Part shown: positions 39,396 to 49,341 of the stretch, in pieces
Position numbering within the stretch: the first letter of the stretch is position 1
How the letters are laid out: every line of letters begins with the position of its first letter
Origin: Thermoanaerobaculia bacterium
Lineage (GTDB): Bacteria; Acidobacteriota; Thermoanaerobaculia; UBA5066
Assembly (NCBI GenBank): GCA_963816185.1
Contig: CAWFJJ010000028.1
Span: 1 to 64,000 of the forward strand
Reading direction: 5' to 3'
DNA: 64,000 bases
The notes under the pieces: generated by a model
The model's input: only the letters and a program-made list of their open reading frames with translations
What the model was told of the DNA's origin: nothing
The model's database searches: none
Translations under genes and position numbers: made by a program

Positions 39396-41120
39396 ATGAG
39401 CGATCAGTTCACCCGCGAAGCGACGGACGTTCCGGCGACGCTTCCCCTGACTGCCGAGCAGGAGCGCATCCGGAAGGCGAAGGAGGCGTGGCGCGCGAAA
39501 GCCGCGGCCGCGTTCGCGAAGACACCCCGCTGGAAGAAGGACTTCACGACGATCTCGTCCGCCGCCGTGAACGCGCTTGCGACGCCGGACGACCTTCCCG
39601 GCTTCGACTTCGACCGCGACCTCGGCTGGCCGGGCGAGTTCCCGTACACGCGCGGCGTGCAGGCCACGATGTACCGCGGGCGGCCGTGGACCATCCGGCA
39701 GTTCGCAGGCTTCGGCAACGCGAAACAGACGAACGAGCGGTTCAAGGCCCTGCTCGCGCACGGGCAGACGGGCCTCTCCACGGCCTTTCACCTGCCGACT
39801 CTCTACGGCTACGACTCCGACCATCCCATGTCGGCCGGCGAAGTGGGGAAGTGCGGCGTCGCGATCGACACGCTGCGCGACTTCGAGGCGCTTTTCGACG
39901 GCATCGATCTCGGCGCGGTGACGACGTCCATGACGATCAACTCGACCGCCCCCATCGCGCTCGCGATGTATCTCGCGGTCGCCGAGCAGCACGGCACGCC
40001 GTGGTCGAGGGTCGGCGGCACGCTCCAGAACGACATCCTCAAGGAATACATCGCCCAGAAGGAGTACATCTTTCCGCCCCGTCCCTCGATGCGGCTCGTG
40101 ACGGACCAGTTCGCGTTCTGCGCGAAGCACGTTCCGAAGTGGAATACCGTGTCGATCTCCGGGTACCACATTCGCGAGGCCGGGGCGACCGCGCTCCAGG
40201 AGCTCGCGTTCACCCTCCGCGACGGGATGGAGTACGTTCGGTACGGCATCGACGCGGGCCTCGACGTCGACGCCTTTGCGCCCCGCCTCTCATTCTTCTT
40301 CAACGCCCACAACGACTTTTTCGAGGAGATTGCGAAATACCGCGCGGCGCGACGCGTCTGGGCGAAGGTCATGCGGGATCGCTACGGCGCGAAGAAGACC
40401 GAGAGCTGGAAGATGCGCTTCCATTCGCAGACTGCGGGGGTTTCGCTCACGGCACAGCAGCCGTACAACAACGTGGCGCGCGTCGCAATCCAGTCCCTCG
40501 CGGCCGTGCTCGGAGGTACGAACTCGCTTCACGCGAACGCGCTCGACGAGACGCTCGCCCTGCCGACGGAGTTCGCCGCGAAGATCGCCGTCAGGACGCA
40601 GCAGATCATCCTGCACGAGACGGGAGTCGTCAACACGGTCGACCCGCTCGGCGGCTCGTACTTCGTTGAAGAGCTGACGAACCGGATGGAGGCAGGCACG
40701 TTCGACTACTTCCGACGGATCGACGCTTTCGGCGGGATGGTGGAAGCCATCGAGGCGGGTTTCCCGCAGAGGGAGATCATGGACGCCGCGTACCGCTACC
40801 AGCGAGCCGTCGACGCGAAAGAGAAGATCATGGTCGGCGTCAACGCATTCACGGACTCGGTTCCGGAGGACGAGGTTTCGATCCTGACGATCTCCGAGCA
40901 GATGGCCGCCGAGCAGGTGAAGTCGCTCGCGGAAGTCCGAAGGACGCGCGACTCGCGCGCGGCGATGCAGAAGCTCACGGACCTCAAGGCCGCTTGCGCT
41001 GGCGGGGCGAACGTGATGCCGCCTCTCGTCGAGGCCGTGAAGGCTTACGCCACGGTCGGCGAGATCTCCGACGTCATGCGCGAGGTCTTCGCGACGTACG
41101 AGGAACCGGCAATTTTTTGA
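39396..41120 (+). CDS. Acyl-CoA mutase large subunit (MCM family, isobutyryl-CoA mutase-like)
   Basis: [38 protein letters not shown]; no B12-binding domain. Confidence 0.92.
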   Translation: MSDQFTREATDVPATLPLTAEQERIRKAKEAWRAKAAAAFAKTPRWKKDFTTISSAAVNALATPDDLPGFDFDRDLGWPGEFPYTRGVQATMYRGRPWTIRQFAGFGNAKQTNERFKALLAHGQTGLSTAFHLPTLYGYDSDHPMSAGEVGKCGVAIDTLRDFEALFDGIDLGAVTTSMTINSTAPIALAMYLAVAEQHGTPWSRVGGTLQNDILKEYIAQKEYIFPPRPSMRLVTDQFAFCAKHVPKWNTVSISGYHIREAGATALQELAFTLRDGMEYVRYGIDAGLDVDAFAPRLSFFFNAHNDFFEEIAKYRAARRVWAKVMRDRYGAKKTESWKMRFHSQTAGVSLTAQQPYNNVARVAIQSLAAVLGGTNSLHANALDETLALPTEFAAKIAVRTQQIILHETGVVNTVDPLGGSYFVEELTNRMEAGTFDYFRRIDAFGGMVEAIEAGFPQREIMDAAYRYQRAVDAKEKIMVGVNAFTDSVPEDEVSILTISEQMAAEQVKSLAEVRRTRDSRAAMQKLTDLKAACAGGANVMPPLVEAVKAYATVGEISDVMREVFATYEEPAIF

Positions 41121-41138
41121 GAAGAGAGACCGAAGAAA

Positions 41139-41238
41139 AGACTTCTTAGAAAGGTGGAGCGGACGGCCCGGCGGTCCGAACTGGCGCTGCAGCATCCGAC
41201 GGCCGCGCTCTCGAGGTCCATTCACTTCTAAGAAGATC
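41139..41238. repeat. Forward/reverse pair of the dispersed motif, intergenic
   Basis: AGACTTCTTAGAAAGGTGGAG (41139) and CATTCACTTCTAAGAAGATC (41219). Confidence 0.75.
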
Positions 41239-41310
41239 CTCTTCGAACCTTCCGCTGAGCGTCGCCATTCCGAAGGGGTGTCCCGGCCCGGATCTTGCGA
41301 GGTAGACTGC

Positions 41311-43296
41311 ATGTCGATGCCCAAGAGACGCTTTTTCTTCGCGTTGGCCGCCTCGATCGCAGTTCTTGCCGCGCCTTTGGCCGGCCAGACCGGCAGCGGA
41401 GACGTCGGGAAGACCTCGGCGAAGGACGCCCTGACCCCGCAAGAGAGCCGCCGGCGCGAGGCGATCGAGCACTATTTGCGCGCAAAGATGTACGCGCAGG
41501 ACAGCGAGTTCGAGGCGTCTGTTCGGGAGTTCAATAAGGCCGTCGAGCTGGATCCGACGGACGGCGCGCTCCATCGAGAGTACGGGGAGCTGCTGCGGGA
41601 TCTGCCCGTCTATCCGGAGGCCGAGAAGGAGGCCCGCAAGGCCGTCCAGCTCGAGCCCAAGAGCGCCGGCTCACATCGGCTCCTCGGGCAAGTGCTTCTC
41701 GCGACCGCAAAGGACACGCCACGCCTGGAAGAGGCCGCCGCCGAGCTCAAGATGGCCAACGATCTCGCCCCCGGCGACCCGCAGGGAGCGGTCGCATACG
41801 CGCAGGTTCTCCTGCGGCTCGACAAACCGAAGGAGGCGTCGAGCGTTCTCGAAGGAGTCCTGGATCGGGCGAACGGACCCGCCGTCCTGCTCCTTTACGG
41901 CGAAACGCTCGAGCGCAGCGGCCAGCTGCAGCAGGCCGAGGACGTCTACAAAGGGCTCGCGAAGCTCGATCCGGACAACCGGGCGGCCGTCCTCGGGCTG
42001 TTGCGCGTGTATGACCGAGGCCGTCAGTTCGACAAAGCGGCGCCCATTCTTCAGGAGTTCCTCAAGCAGCAGCCGGGTAACCTTGGGCTCAAGACGCAGT
42101 ATGGCGGGCTCCTGCTGCGGGGTCGCCGCTTTGCCGAAGCGCGCAAAGTCTTCGAGGAAGTGCTTGCCGGCGATCCCGGGAACCGCGATGCGCTGCGGCT
42201 CTATGCGGCCCTGCTTTCCGAAACGCGCGAGCCGGACAAGGCCGATGAGGTGCTGCGCAAGCTCCAGTCTCTCGACCCGGATGATCTGGAGATTCCTTAT
42301 CGACGCGCCGTGAACTTTCTCGAAGCACGAAGGCTCCCCGAGGCCGAAGCCGTGCTCCGCGACTTGCGCGCAGCAATTGTCGCGAAGAAGCCGGACGCCC
42401 CGGAGGTCGCGCAAGTCGACGGCCAGCTGGCCTACGCCGCGTATCTGCGCAAGGACTACGCGGCGGCCACGGCCCGGCTCGAGCCGCACCTGATCGGCGA
42501 AGACGGCCTCAACCTGCAGGCCTACAACCTCCTGCTGCAGATCGCGCGTGACCGCGAGGACTGGGCGGGCGGCCTCAAGCTCGCGAAGGACGCGTACGAC
42601 AAGGCGCCCAAGAAGACGGCTCTGCTGAGGGCAAACTATGCCGAATTCCTGTTCCGTTCGGGGTCGGGGACCGGCGAGGCGGAGGGCACGAAGATGCTCG
42701 ACGCGCTCGCGACCGAGGACAGGACGGGAACGCTCGCGGCCGCCGACGCCTGGCAGCGCCTCGAGAAGTACGGCCGCGCGGCGGCAGCGGCTCGGGCAGG
42801 TCTCGAGCGCGACAAGGAGGACCCGGACCTGCTTTTCCGGCTGGCCGCCTCGCTGGAGCGGGAGAAGAAGCTCACCGAATCCGTCGACGCGTTCGAAAAG
42901 CTCCTGAAAGTGAGAGGCGACCACGCACCGGGCCTCAACTACCTCGGCTACATGTGGGCGGACCGCGGCGAGAACCTGCCGCGCGCGCTCGAGCTCATCC
43001 GTAAGGCCGTCGAGCTGGAACCCGGCAACGGCGCCTACCTCGATTCGCTCGGCTGGGTTTATTACCGGCTCAACAAACTCGACAAGGCCGAGGAGAATCT
43101 CCGCGCCGCGGCGGTCCTGAACCCCGACGACGCCACCGTCGAAGAGCACCTCGGCGACCTCTTCGAGAAGAAGGGCGATCTCGCGCTCGCGCGGACGACC
43201 TGGAAGCGCGCGCTCACGCTCAAGCCCGACGAGGACGTGAAGCGCCGCCTCGACGAGAAGCTCCAGAAGACCGAAGGCCGCGCCGCGCAGAAGTGA
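41311..43296 (+). CDS. Exported tetratricopeptide repeat protein
   Basis: Signal peptide, many TPRs, LNYLGYMWADRGENL...YLDSLGWVYY. Confidence 0.92.
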   Translation: MSMPKRRFFFALAASIAVLAAPLAGQTGSGDVGKTSAKDALTPQESRRREAIEHYLRAKMYAQDSEFEASVREFNKAVELDPTDGALHREYGELLRDLPVYPEAEKEARKAVQLEPKSAGSHRLLGQVLLATAKDTPRLEEAAAELKMANDLAPGDPQGAVAYAQVLLRLDKPKEASSVLEGVLDRANGPAVLLLYGETLERSGQLQQAEDVYKGLAKLDPDNRAAVLGLLRVYDRGRQFDKAAPILQEFLKQQPGNLGLKTQYGGLLLRGRRFAEARKVFEEVLAGDPGNRDALRLYAALLSETREPDKADEVLRKLQSLDPDDLEIPYRRAVNFLEARRLPEAEAVLRDLRAAIVAKKPDAPEVAQVDGQLAYAAYLRKDYAAATARLEPHLIGEDGLNLQAYNLLLQIARDREDWAGGLKLAKDAYDKAPKKTALLRANYAEFLFRSGSGTGEAEGTKMLDALATEDRTGTLAAADAWQRLEKYGRAAAAARAGLERDKEDPDLLFRLAASLEREKKLTESVDAFEKLLKVRGDHAPGLNYLGYMWADRGENLPRALELIRKAVELEPGNGAYLDSLGWVYYRLNKLDKAEENLRAAAVLNPDDATVEEHLGDLFEKKGDLALARTTWKRALTLKPDEDVKRRLDEKLQKTEGRAAQK

Positions 43297-43997
43297 GGAG
43301 AACCCGTCCAATTCGGGTTGGCGGGTCGGCCCTCGTCTCAGTTTTTTTTTGCTTAGGAGGTGGATGCGGCAGCGGGCGGCCCGCGAAATCCGAAGCGCCA
43401 TCTCCCGGTGCGTCGGTGGTGGAGGCATATGAGAGGGCGCGTGCAACGGCGTGGGATCCCGCGCGCCGCTTCAAAGCGCTCTTCAAGGCTGAGGTCTCGC
43501 GGAACGTCGGCGCGATTTTGCGAGGCTACCTCTCCGTCTGGTGGAACGGCGCAGCCAGCACGCTCACCTGGCGGTCTTCGGCACCTCTTGCCGGGAGAGG
43601 GAGAGGGGGACTTCTTAGAAAAGGGACGAGGGGCGAGGAGGAAAGCGATGGCGGAGCGCCTGGATCGCGCCAGTCGTTGCTCCCCGGTCGGTTTGTTTCG
43701 GACGACATCCTCATGTGCATTCTCGGCGTTCCCGAGGCCGCGCTCTCTTCCTCTTCACCATTCGAAGAAACTCCGAGAGGCTTTCGGCTGCGCATCGGGG
43801 GCTCGAAGCGCTTCGTCCTCGTGAACCGTGAGGGAAAGCCGATCGAGTTCTCTTTCCCGAACGGCGAGACGGTGAAGGTTCAGCCGGGGGAAGGCGTGCC
43901 GCGCCGAATCGAGGCGAACGGCCCGGAAGGCCGTGCCGTCCTCACGCTCGAAACCTATTCGTCCTGGCCCGAGGGCGAGCGGGTTCCCCCGGCATGA
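43293..43997 (+). CDS. Hypothetical putative lipoprotein at the lolB position
   Basis: Overlaps both neighbours by 4 nt; hydrophobic N-terminus with GGGC lipobox-like motif. Confidence 0.6.
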   Translation: MRRTRPIRVGGSALVSVFFCLGGGCGSGRPAKSEAPSPGASVVEAYERARATAWDPARRFKALFKAEVSRNVGAILRGYLSVWWNGAASTLTWRSSAPLAGRGRGGLLRKGTRGEEESDGGAPGSRQSLLPGRFVSDDILMCILGVPEAALSSSSPFEETPRGFRLRIGGSKRFVLVNREGKPIEFSFPNGETVKVQPGEGVPRRIEANGPEGRAVLTLETYSSWPEGERVPPA

Positions 43998-44924
43998 GCG
44001 AGACCGGAAGGGCGCTGACCGTCGAGGCGTTCGCGAAGGTGAACCGCTCGCTGCGCAGTGCTGGGTAAGCGTCCAGACGGCTTTCACGAGCTCGACACGA
44101 TCTTTCAGACGGTGGATCTCACCGACAGGTTGTATTTCTTAGAAGGTGAAGAGAGCGGAAGAGCGACGGGCCACGTCTCGCTGACGGTGGAGGGCGTCGA
44201 TCTTCCCGCAGACTCCAGCAATCTCATTCTCCGCGCCGCTGACGCGCTGCGCGTGCGCTTCTCGGTGCGCCTCGGCGCCCGTATTCACCTTTCTAAGAAG
44301 ATCCCCTTGGGCGGTGGCCTTGGCGGAGGCAGTTCGAACGCGGCTGCGGCGCTGAGGGGCCTGGTCGCGCTCTGGAAGCTGCCCGCGACCGAAGCCGATC
44401 TGCACGCCGTGGCAGCCTCCCTCGGGTCCGACGTGCCTTTCTTTCTGATCGGCGGCCGAGCGCGAGGCACGGGGCGCGGCGAAATTCTGGAGCCTCTTCC
44501 GGACGGCCCCGAGGAGTGGCTCATCCTCGCCTTTCCATCGTTTTCTCTTTCCACGGCAGCGGTTTACGGGGCAGTTTCCGTCCCTGCGTTGACAGATTCC
44601 GTCGCCCAAACTAACCTTGGCGGTTCCGGATCCGGTGGCGGGCCGGATCGGAACGACCTGGAGCCGGCGGCGGAATCCCTCCGTGGAGAGCTGCGCAGGC
44701 TTCGTCTGGCCCTGTCGGACTTCGGCGCGACGAGCGCACGCCTGTCCGGGAGCGGCTCGACGGTGTTCGGGGTATTCGGCGACGAAAGAAACGCCCGGCG
44801 CGCCTTCGAAGGGCTCGCTGGGGTTCGGAAAGAAGTGATGGCGACGATGACGATCGTGAAGACCGTGTCGAAGGCGGCGTTCGTGCGCCGGGCGATGCCC
44901 TCGGACAGGGTGCAACGCGGATGA
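43994..44924 (+). CDS. ispE: 4-diphosphocytidyl-2-C-methyl-D-erythritol kinase, frameshifted near 44057
   Basis: FAKVN (from ATG 43994), then KRPDGFHEL, KIPLGGGLGGGSSNAA, GSDVPFF, LSGSGS. Confidence 0.93.
44133..44303. repeat. Forward/reverse pair of the dispersed motif inside ispE
   Basis: TATTTCTTAGAAGGTGAAGAG (44133) and TTCACCTTTCTAAGAAGATC (44284). Confidence 0.85.
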
Positions 44925-44961
44925 TCTCCGCCTGCGCGAGAATCCACGCGGGACTTCCGGA

Positions 44962-45036
44962 TGGGGAGTCGACAAGTGGTAAGTCAGCGGTCTTTGGAAC
45001 CGCCATTCGGAGGTTCGAATCCTCCCTCCCCAGCCA
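44962..45036 (+). tRNA. tRNA-Gln(TTG)
   Basis: TGGGGAG/CTCCCCA acceptor stem, GCGGT-CTTTGGA-ACCGC anticodon arm, GGTTCGAATCC T-arm, encoded CCA; canonical ispE-prs position. Confidence 0.97.
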
Positions 45037-45057
45037 GTTTCCTCATGTCAGGGCGTC

Positions 45058-46011
45058 ATGGAACGATTTCCGTACGGCGATCTGAAGGTCTTCGGGGGGC
45101 GATCCCATCCACCCCTCACGGGCGAGATCTGCCGGAACCTCGGCCGCGAGGCCGGTCGCGTCACGCTCTACAATTTCTCTGACGGCGAGAACTACTGCCA
45201 GATCGAGGAGAACGTCCGCGGCGCGGATGTGTTCATCGTGCAGCCAACGGGCCCGCCGGCGAACCACAACATCATGGAGCTCCTCATCATGCTCGACGCG
45301 TTCAAGCGCTCCTCGGCGTCGCGCGTGACCGCCGTGCTTCCGTACTACGGCTATGGGCGGCAGGACCGGAAGGACAAGCCCCGCGTTCCGATCACCGCGA
45401 AGCTCATCGCGGATCTCATCACGGCGGCGGGCGCCGACCGGGTGCTCTGCGTGGACTTGCACGCGGCGCAGATTCAGGGCTTCTTCAACATCCCCGTGGA
45501 CCACCTCTTCGCGGCGCCCGTTCTTCTCGACGCGATCCGCGACGCGAACCTCGACCCGCTCACGGTCGTGTCGCCGGACGCGGGCGGCGTCGAGCGCGCA
45601 CGCGCGTTCGCGAAGCGTCTCGCCGCAGGCCTCGCGATCATGGACAAGCGTCGGAAGGGGAAGAACGAGGTCGAGGTCCTGCACGTCATCGGCGACGTGA
45701 GGGACCGCAACGTCGTCGTCGTCGACGACATCATCGACACGGCCGGCACGCTGATCAATACGGTCATCGCGCTCCGCGACGCGGGTGCGCGGCGAATCTT
45801 CGCAGGGTGCGTGCATCCCGTGCTGTCCGGACCCGCCATCGACCGTGTCAACGCGAGCCCCATCGAGCGCGTGTTCTGCACGAACACGCTCCCGCTCGAC
45901 GAGAAGCTCGCACGCTGCCCGCTCGTCGTACCGCTCTCCATCGCCCCGCTCCTTGCGGAGGCGATCCAGAGGATCCATCAGGGGGCGTCCGTTTCATCGC
46001 TGTTCGTGTAG
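45058..46011 (+). CDS. prs: Ribose-phosphate pyrophosphokinase
   Basis: FSDGE, PYYGYGRQDRK, DLHAAQIQGFF, DDIIDTAGT. Confidence 0.97.
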   Translation: MERFPYGDLKVFGGRSHPPLTGEICRNLGREAGRVTLYNFSDGENYCQIEENVRGADVFIVQPTGPPANHNIMELLIMLDAFKRSSASRVTAVLPYYGYGRQDRKDKPRVPITAKLIADLITAAGADRVLCVDLHAAQIQGFFNIPVDHLFAAPVLLDAIRDANLDPLTVVSPDAGGVERARAFAKRLAAGLAIMDKRRKGKNEVEVLHVIGDVRDRNVVVVDDIIDTAGTLINTVIALRDAGARRIFAGCVHPVLSGPAIDRVNASPIERVFCTNTLPLDEKLARCPLVVPLSIAPLLAEAIQRIHQGASVSSLFV

Positions 46012-46141
46012 ACAAGCGCCAAAACGCAGGCAGCCTCGGCGCGATCATTCGTCCGAGGAAGTCTGATATTCTTCCCCGTTCTCTAACCGGACCGTCCGCC
46101 CCGAGAATCCTCTCGGGACCGGGCGCCCTCGAAAGGAACCC

Positions 46142-46906
46142 ATGCTCCAGGAACACATCGTCGTCGAAGTCGAGAAGCGGCTCACGACCGGGAAGAACGC
46201 CGCGAACCGCCTGCGCGCGCAGGATCAGATCCCGGCCGTCCTCTACGGAGGCGGCAAAGAGATGGAAACCTGGTCGCTGCAGGTGCCGCGTAAGACCCTC
46301 GCGACCCTTCTCAACAAAGGCCTGCACTCCAACGCCATCTTCAAGCTCAATCTGAAGGGCACGACCCAGACGCGCCACGTGATGATCCGCGACCTCACGC
46401 TGGACCCCGTCTCTCGGAAGATGCTGCACGTCGACTTCGTGCGGGTGCTTCTCGACCGAAAGCTCCGCGTCAAGAGCGAGGTCGCGATCGAGGGCGTGCC
46501 GAACGGCGTCAAGAACGCGGGCGGCATTCTGAACATCGTCACCCACGAGATCCTCATCGAGTGCCTTCCGGCGGACATTCCGGAGTCCGTGAAAGTGGAC
46601 GTCTCCGCGATGGAGATGCACGACTCGATTCGCGTGGCGGACCTCAAGCTCGGCGACAAGATCAAGGTTCTCGAGAACGGGGACCGCGTCATCGCGCACG
46701 TGGGCGTGCCGAAGGCCGAGGAAGTCGCCGCTCCGGCCGCCGCCGAAGCCGTCGTCGGCATCGAGGGCGCCGCGGTGCCGCCCGCCGAGCCCGAGGTGAT
46801 CAAGAAGGGCAAGAAGGAAGAGGAAGGCGCCGAGCCTGCCCCCGCCGGGAAAGCCGCGGTGCCGCCGAAAACCGAGGGCAAGGCGGAGAAGAAGGAAAAG
46901 AAATAG
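46142..46906 (+). CDS. rplY: 50S ribosomal protein L25/Ctc
   Basis: GKNAANRLR..IPAVLYG, HVDF, CLPADIPE, EPEVIKKGK. Confidence 0.95.
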   Translation: MLQEHIVVEVEKRLTTGKNAANRLRAQDQIPAVLYGGGKEMETWSLQVPRKTLATLLNKGLHSNAIFKLNLKGTTQTRHVMIRDLTLDPVSRKMLHVDFVRVLLDRKLRVKSEVAIEGVPNGVKNAGGILNIVTHEILIECLPADIPESVKVDVSAMEMHDSIRVADLKLGDKIKVLENGDRVIAHVGVPKAEEVAAPAAAEAVVGIEGAAVPPAEPEVIKKGKKEEEGAEPAPAGKAAVPPKTEGKAEKKEKK

Positions 46907-47517
46907 GCACGGACGGCCTCTTCCTCGTGGTAGGACTCGGCAACCCCGGCGACCGGTATACCGGAACGCGCCACAACGTCGGCTTCGACGTCGTGCAGAC
47001 GTTCGCCTGGAGAGCCGCCGGCCGTCCGCCGCGTCTCGACCGGCTCGACTGCCGCGCGCTCACGGGACGCGTCAAAGTCGGGGATCGCGCGGTCATCGTG
47101 GCCCGGCCCCAGACCTACATGAACGCGTCGGGCGAGTCCGTGAAGGGCCTCGCGCTCAAGTACGACGTCCCCCTCGAGCGAATCATCGTCGTCTCCGACG
47201 ACACGGCACTGCCCGTCGGCGCGCTCCGAATTCGCCGATCCGGCTCTTCCGGCGGCCAGAAGGGGCTTCAATCCGTGATCGACTGCTTCGGCACGAACGC
47301 GGTCCCGCGCCTGCGCCTGGGCGTGCGCGGAGAGAACTTCCAGGCGGGAGAGGCGCTCGATACGTACGTTCTCTCGCGGTTTTCGAAGAAGGAGCGCCCC
47401 GTCGTGGACGAGACCATCGCTTCGGCGTGCGAGGCCCTTGCCGTGTTCGTCACCGACGGAATCGACGCCGCCATGAACCGTTTCAACCGTTCGCCCGAGG
47501 AAGATCCGGCGAGCTGA
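46903..47517 (+). CDS. pth: Peptidyl-tRNA hydrolase
   Basis: VVGLGNPG, TRHNVGF, PQTYMNASG, RLRLG; start ATA 46903 or GTG 46927. Confidence 0.93.
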   Translation: MGTDGLFLVVGLGNPGDRYTGTRHNVGFDVVQTFAWRAAGRPPRLDRLDCRALTGRVKVGDRAVIVARPQTYMNASGESVKGLALKYDVPLERIIVVSDDTALPVGALRIRRSGSSGGQKGLQSVIDCFGTNAVPRLRLGVRGENFQAGEALDTYVLSRFSKKERPVVDETIASACEALAVFVTDGIDAAMNRFNRSPEEDPAS

Positions 47518-47607
47518 ACATCAACCTTGGCTCGGCACCGGACCAGAGGTCCAAAGCCGCGCCTCGCGACCGGCGAATACCGGCGCGATCCAGAAGGAGG
47601 AGACCGC

Positions 47608-48057
47608 GTGACCACCCAGAGCCCTCAACGCCAGTACGACATGGTCTTTCTCGTCGTCCCCGAGAAGGACGAGGCGGCAGCCCTCGCCGTCGTCGAAGAG
47701 TTCCGAAAGCTCCTCGTCGACAACGGCGCCACGATCGAGAAGGACGAGTCGATGGGACGGCGCCGCCTCGCCTACACCATCAAGAAAAGGACCGAGGCGA
47801 CGTACCACAACTTCCTGTTTCGGGCGCCCACGGCGTGCGTCACCGAGGTGCAGCGCAAGATGCGACTCTCGGAAGACGTCCTGCGGTTCCTCTCCGTTCG
47901 GATCGACGAGGAGGTCAAGCACGGCCTGAAGGTGGCGCGAAATACGAAGCCGCGCCGCCCGCGCCCCGAAGCGTCCGAAGCGCCGCATGCCGGTCCGTCC
48001 GCTGCTCCCTCCACCACGCCTCCGGCCGAGCCGGCCGGCGACTCCCGTCCCGAGTGA
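47608..48057 (+). CDS. rpsF: 30S ribosomal protein S6
   Basis: GRRRLAYTIKK, EDVLRFL; GTG with AAGGAGG RBS. Confidence 0.93.
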   Translation: MTTQSPQRQYDMVFLVVPEKDEAAALAVVEEFRKLLVDNGATIEKDESMGRRRLAYTIKKRTEATYHNFLFRAPTACVTEVQRKMRLSEDVLRFLSVRIDEEVKHGLKVARNTKPRRPRPEASEAPHAGPSAAPSTTPPAEPAGDSRPE

Positions 48058-48081
48058 CCCGAAAAGGTTCAGGAGAACACA

Positions 48082-48333
48082 ATGGCCGCTCCCGTTCGCA
48101 AGCCCGTCAAGAAGAAGTTCTTCGTGCGCCGCAAGCGCGTCTGCAAGTTCACCGTCGAGAAGATCGGCTACATCGACTTCAAGGACGTGAAGCTGCTCGC
48201 GGGATTCGTTCCCGAGCGCGCGAAAATCCTCCCACGCCGCATCAGCGGGACATCCGCTTTCTATCAGCGCAAGCTGGCGACCGCCATCAAGCGCGCGCGC
48301 TACCTCGCGCTGCTGCCCTACGTCTCCGATTAA
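48082..48333 (+). CDS. rpsR: 30S ribosomal protein S18
   Basis: [33 protein letters not shown]. Confidence 0.96.
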   Translation: MAAPVRKPVKKKFFVRRKRVCKFTVEKIGYIDFKDVKLLAGFVPERAKILPRRISGTSAFYQRKLATAIKRARYLALLPYVSD

Positions 48334-49306
48334 ACGAGCCCTCGCCGTTCTCGGGGCGGCGCTCGCGGCGGCTTTGACCGCAGCGGCGCCGCCCTTCGGC
48401 TTCGTTCTGATGCCGCATGCGGCCGCACGTCTGGGCCGCGCGGCGCTCGGGTCGCGGCGCCTCGCCGCCGGTTTTGCGCTGCCGCCTCTCGCGGTCCCGG
48501 TCGCGCTCCTCCTGGGCGCGCTGATCGCGCCGGAAGGCGCGGTCGTCGCCGCGGTTCTTGCCATCGCCCTCGTCGCTCTTCCCGCCGTGGCGCTCTTTGC
48601 GGCGGCTCGAGACGGCCGCCGGCGGGACGACGTCCTTCTCGTCGTATTCGCCCTGACCGGGATCGGCGGTCTCGCGGCCCTCCTCGGGTTTTCGGTCGCG
48701 ACGGGTCGGGACCCCGGCGTCGTTCTTGCGAGCCGCTGGGCTGCGCTCATCCCCGAAATCCTCGCGGGCTACCGGTCGAGCGGCTGGAGCGAGTCCTCGC
48801 TCGCAACCGTCGCGCGCCTTTTCGAGTTCGGCCGCGTCCTCGTCGAAGAGCAGCTCGCGGGCCTCGTCCTCGCGGCCGCCGTGCTGCACGCGGCCCTGGT
48901 GGTCTACGGGTTCGCGCGCGGCGCGGGCCTTGCCGAAGCGGACTGGTCCGAGGCGTCCTTCAGCCGTTTCCGGACTCCTCTTGCCGCAGCCGCGGCGTTC
49001 GTACCCGCGGGTCTCCTGGCGGCCGTGGGGGGCGCGGAGCTTCGCCGGCCGGCCGTCGATCTTCTGCTGCCGCTCGGCGTCTTGTTTTTCCTGAGGGGTC
49101 TCGCCATAATCCGCGCTCTTCTCGACCGCGGAAGAGCCGGCCTCGTCGGCCGGGCGCTCGTCTACGTGCTGGTCTTTCAGATGCCGTTTCCCCTTCTTCT
49201 CGCGCTCTCCGGCCTTTTCGACGAGTTCGTCGACGTGAGGACGCGGCTCGAAAAGAGAGGATCCGGCGGCGGGTCCGCGAGTCCACCCGGCCCCGACGGG
49301 TTCTGA
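48329..49306 (+). CDS. DUF2232/YybS-like membrane protein
   Basis: Multi-[23 protein letters not shown]; located between rpsR and rplI; start ATT 48329 or TTG 48374. Confidence 0.75.
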   Translation: MKRALAVLGAALAAALTAAAPPFGFVLMPHAAARLGRAALGSRRLAAGFALPPLAVPVALLLGALIAPEGAVVAAVLAIALVALPAVALFAAARDGRRRDDVLLVVFALTGIGGLAALLGFSVATGRDPGVVLASRWAALIPEILAGYRSSGWSESSLATVARLFEFGRVLVEEQLAGLVLAAAVLHAALVVYGFARGAGLAEADWSEASFSRFRTPLAAAAAFVPAGLLAAVGGAELRRPAVDLLLPLGVLFFLRGLAIIRALLDRGRAGLVGRALVYVLVFQMPFPLLLALSGLFDEFVDVRTRLEKRGSGGGSASPPGPDGF

Positions 49307-49341
49307 TCGGTGACATACCCTGTAAACCTGAGGAGCTCGAA

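Noticed and set aside
43342-43350. T9 tract as a phase-variation switch
   Set aside because: The frame is intact, the tract is short, and it merges with a motif copy; no evidence of variation.
47518-47607. S6:S18-binding leader RNA before rpsF
   Set aside because: The position fits and small hairpins exist, but I could not match the consensus by eye; it needs an Rfam covariance search.
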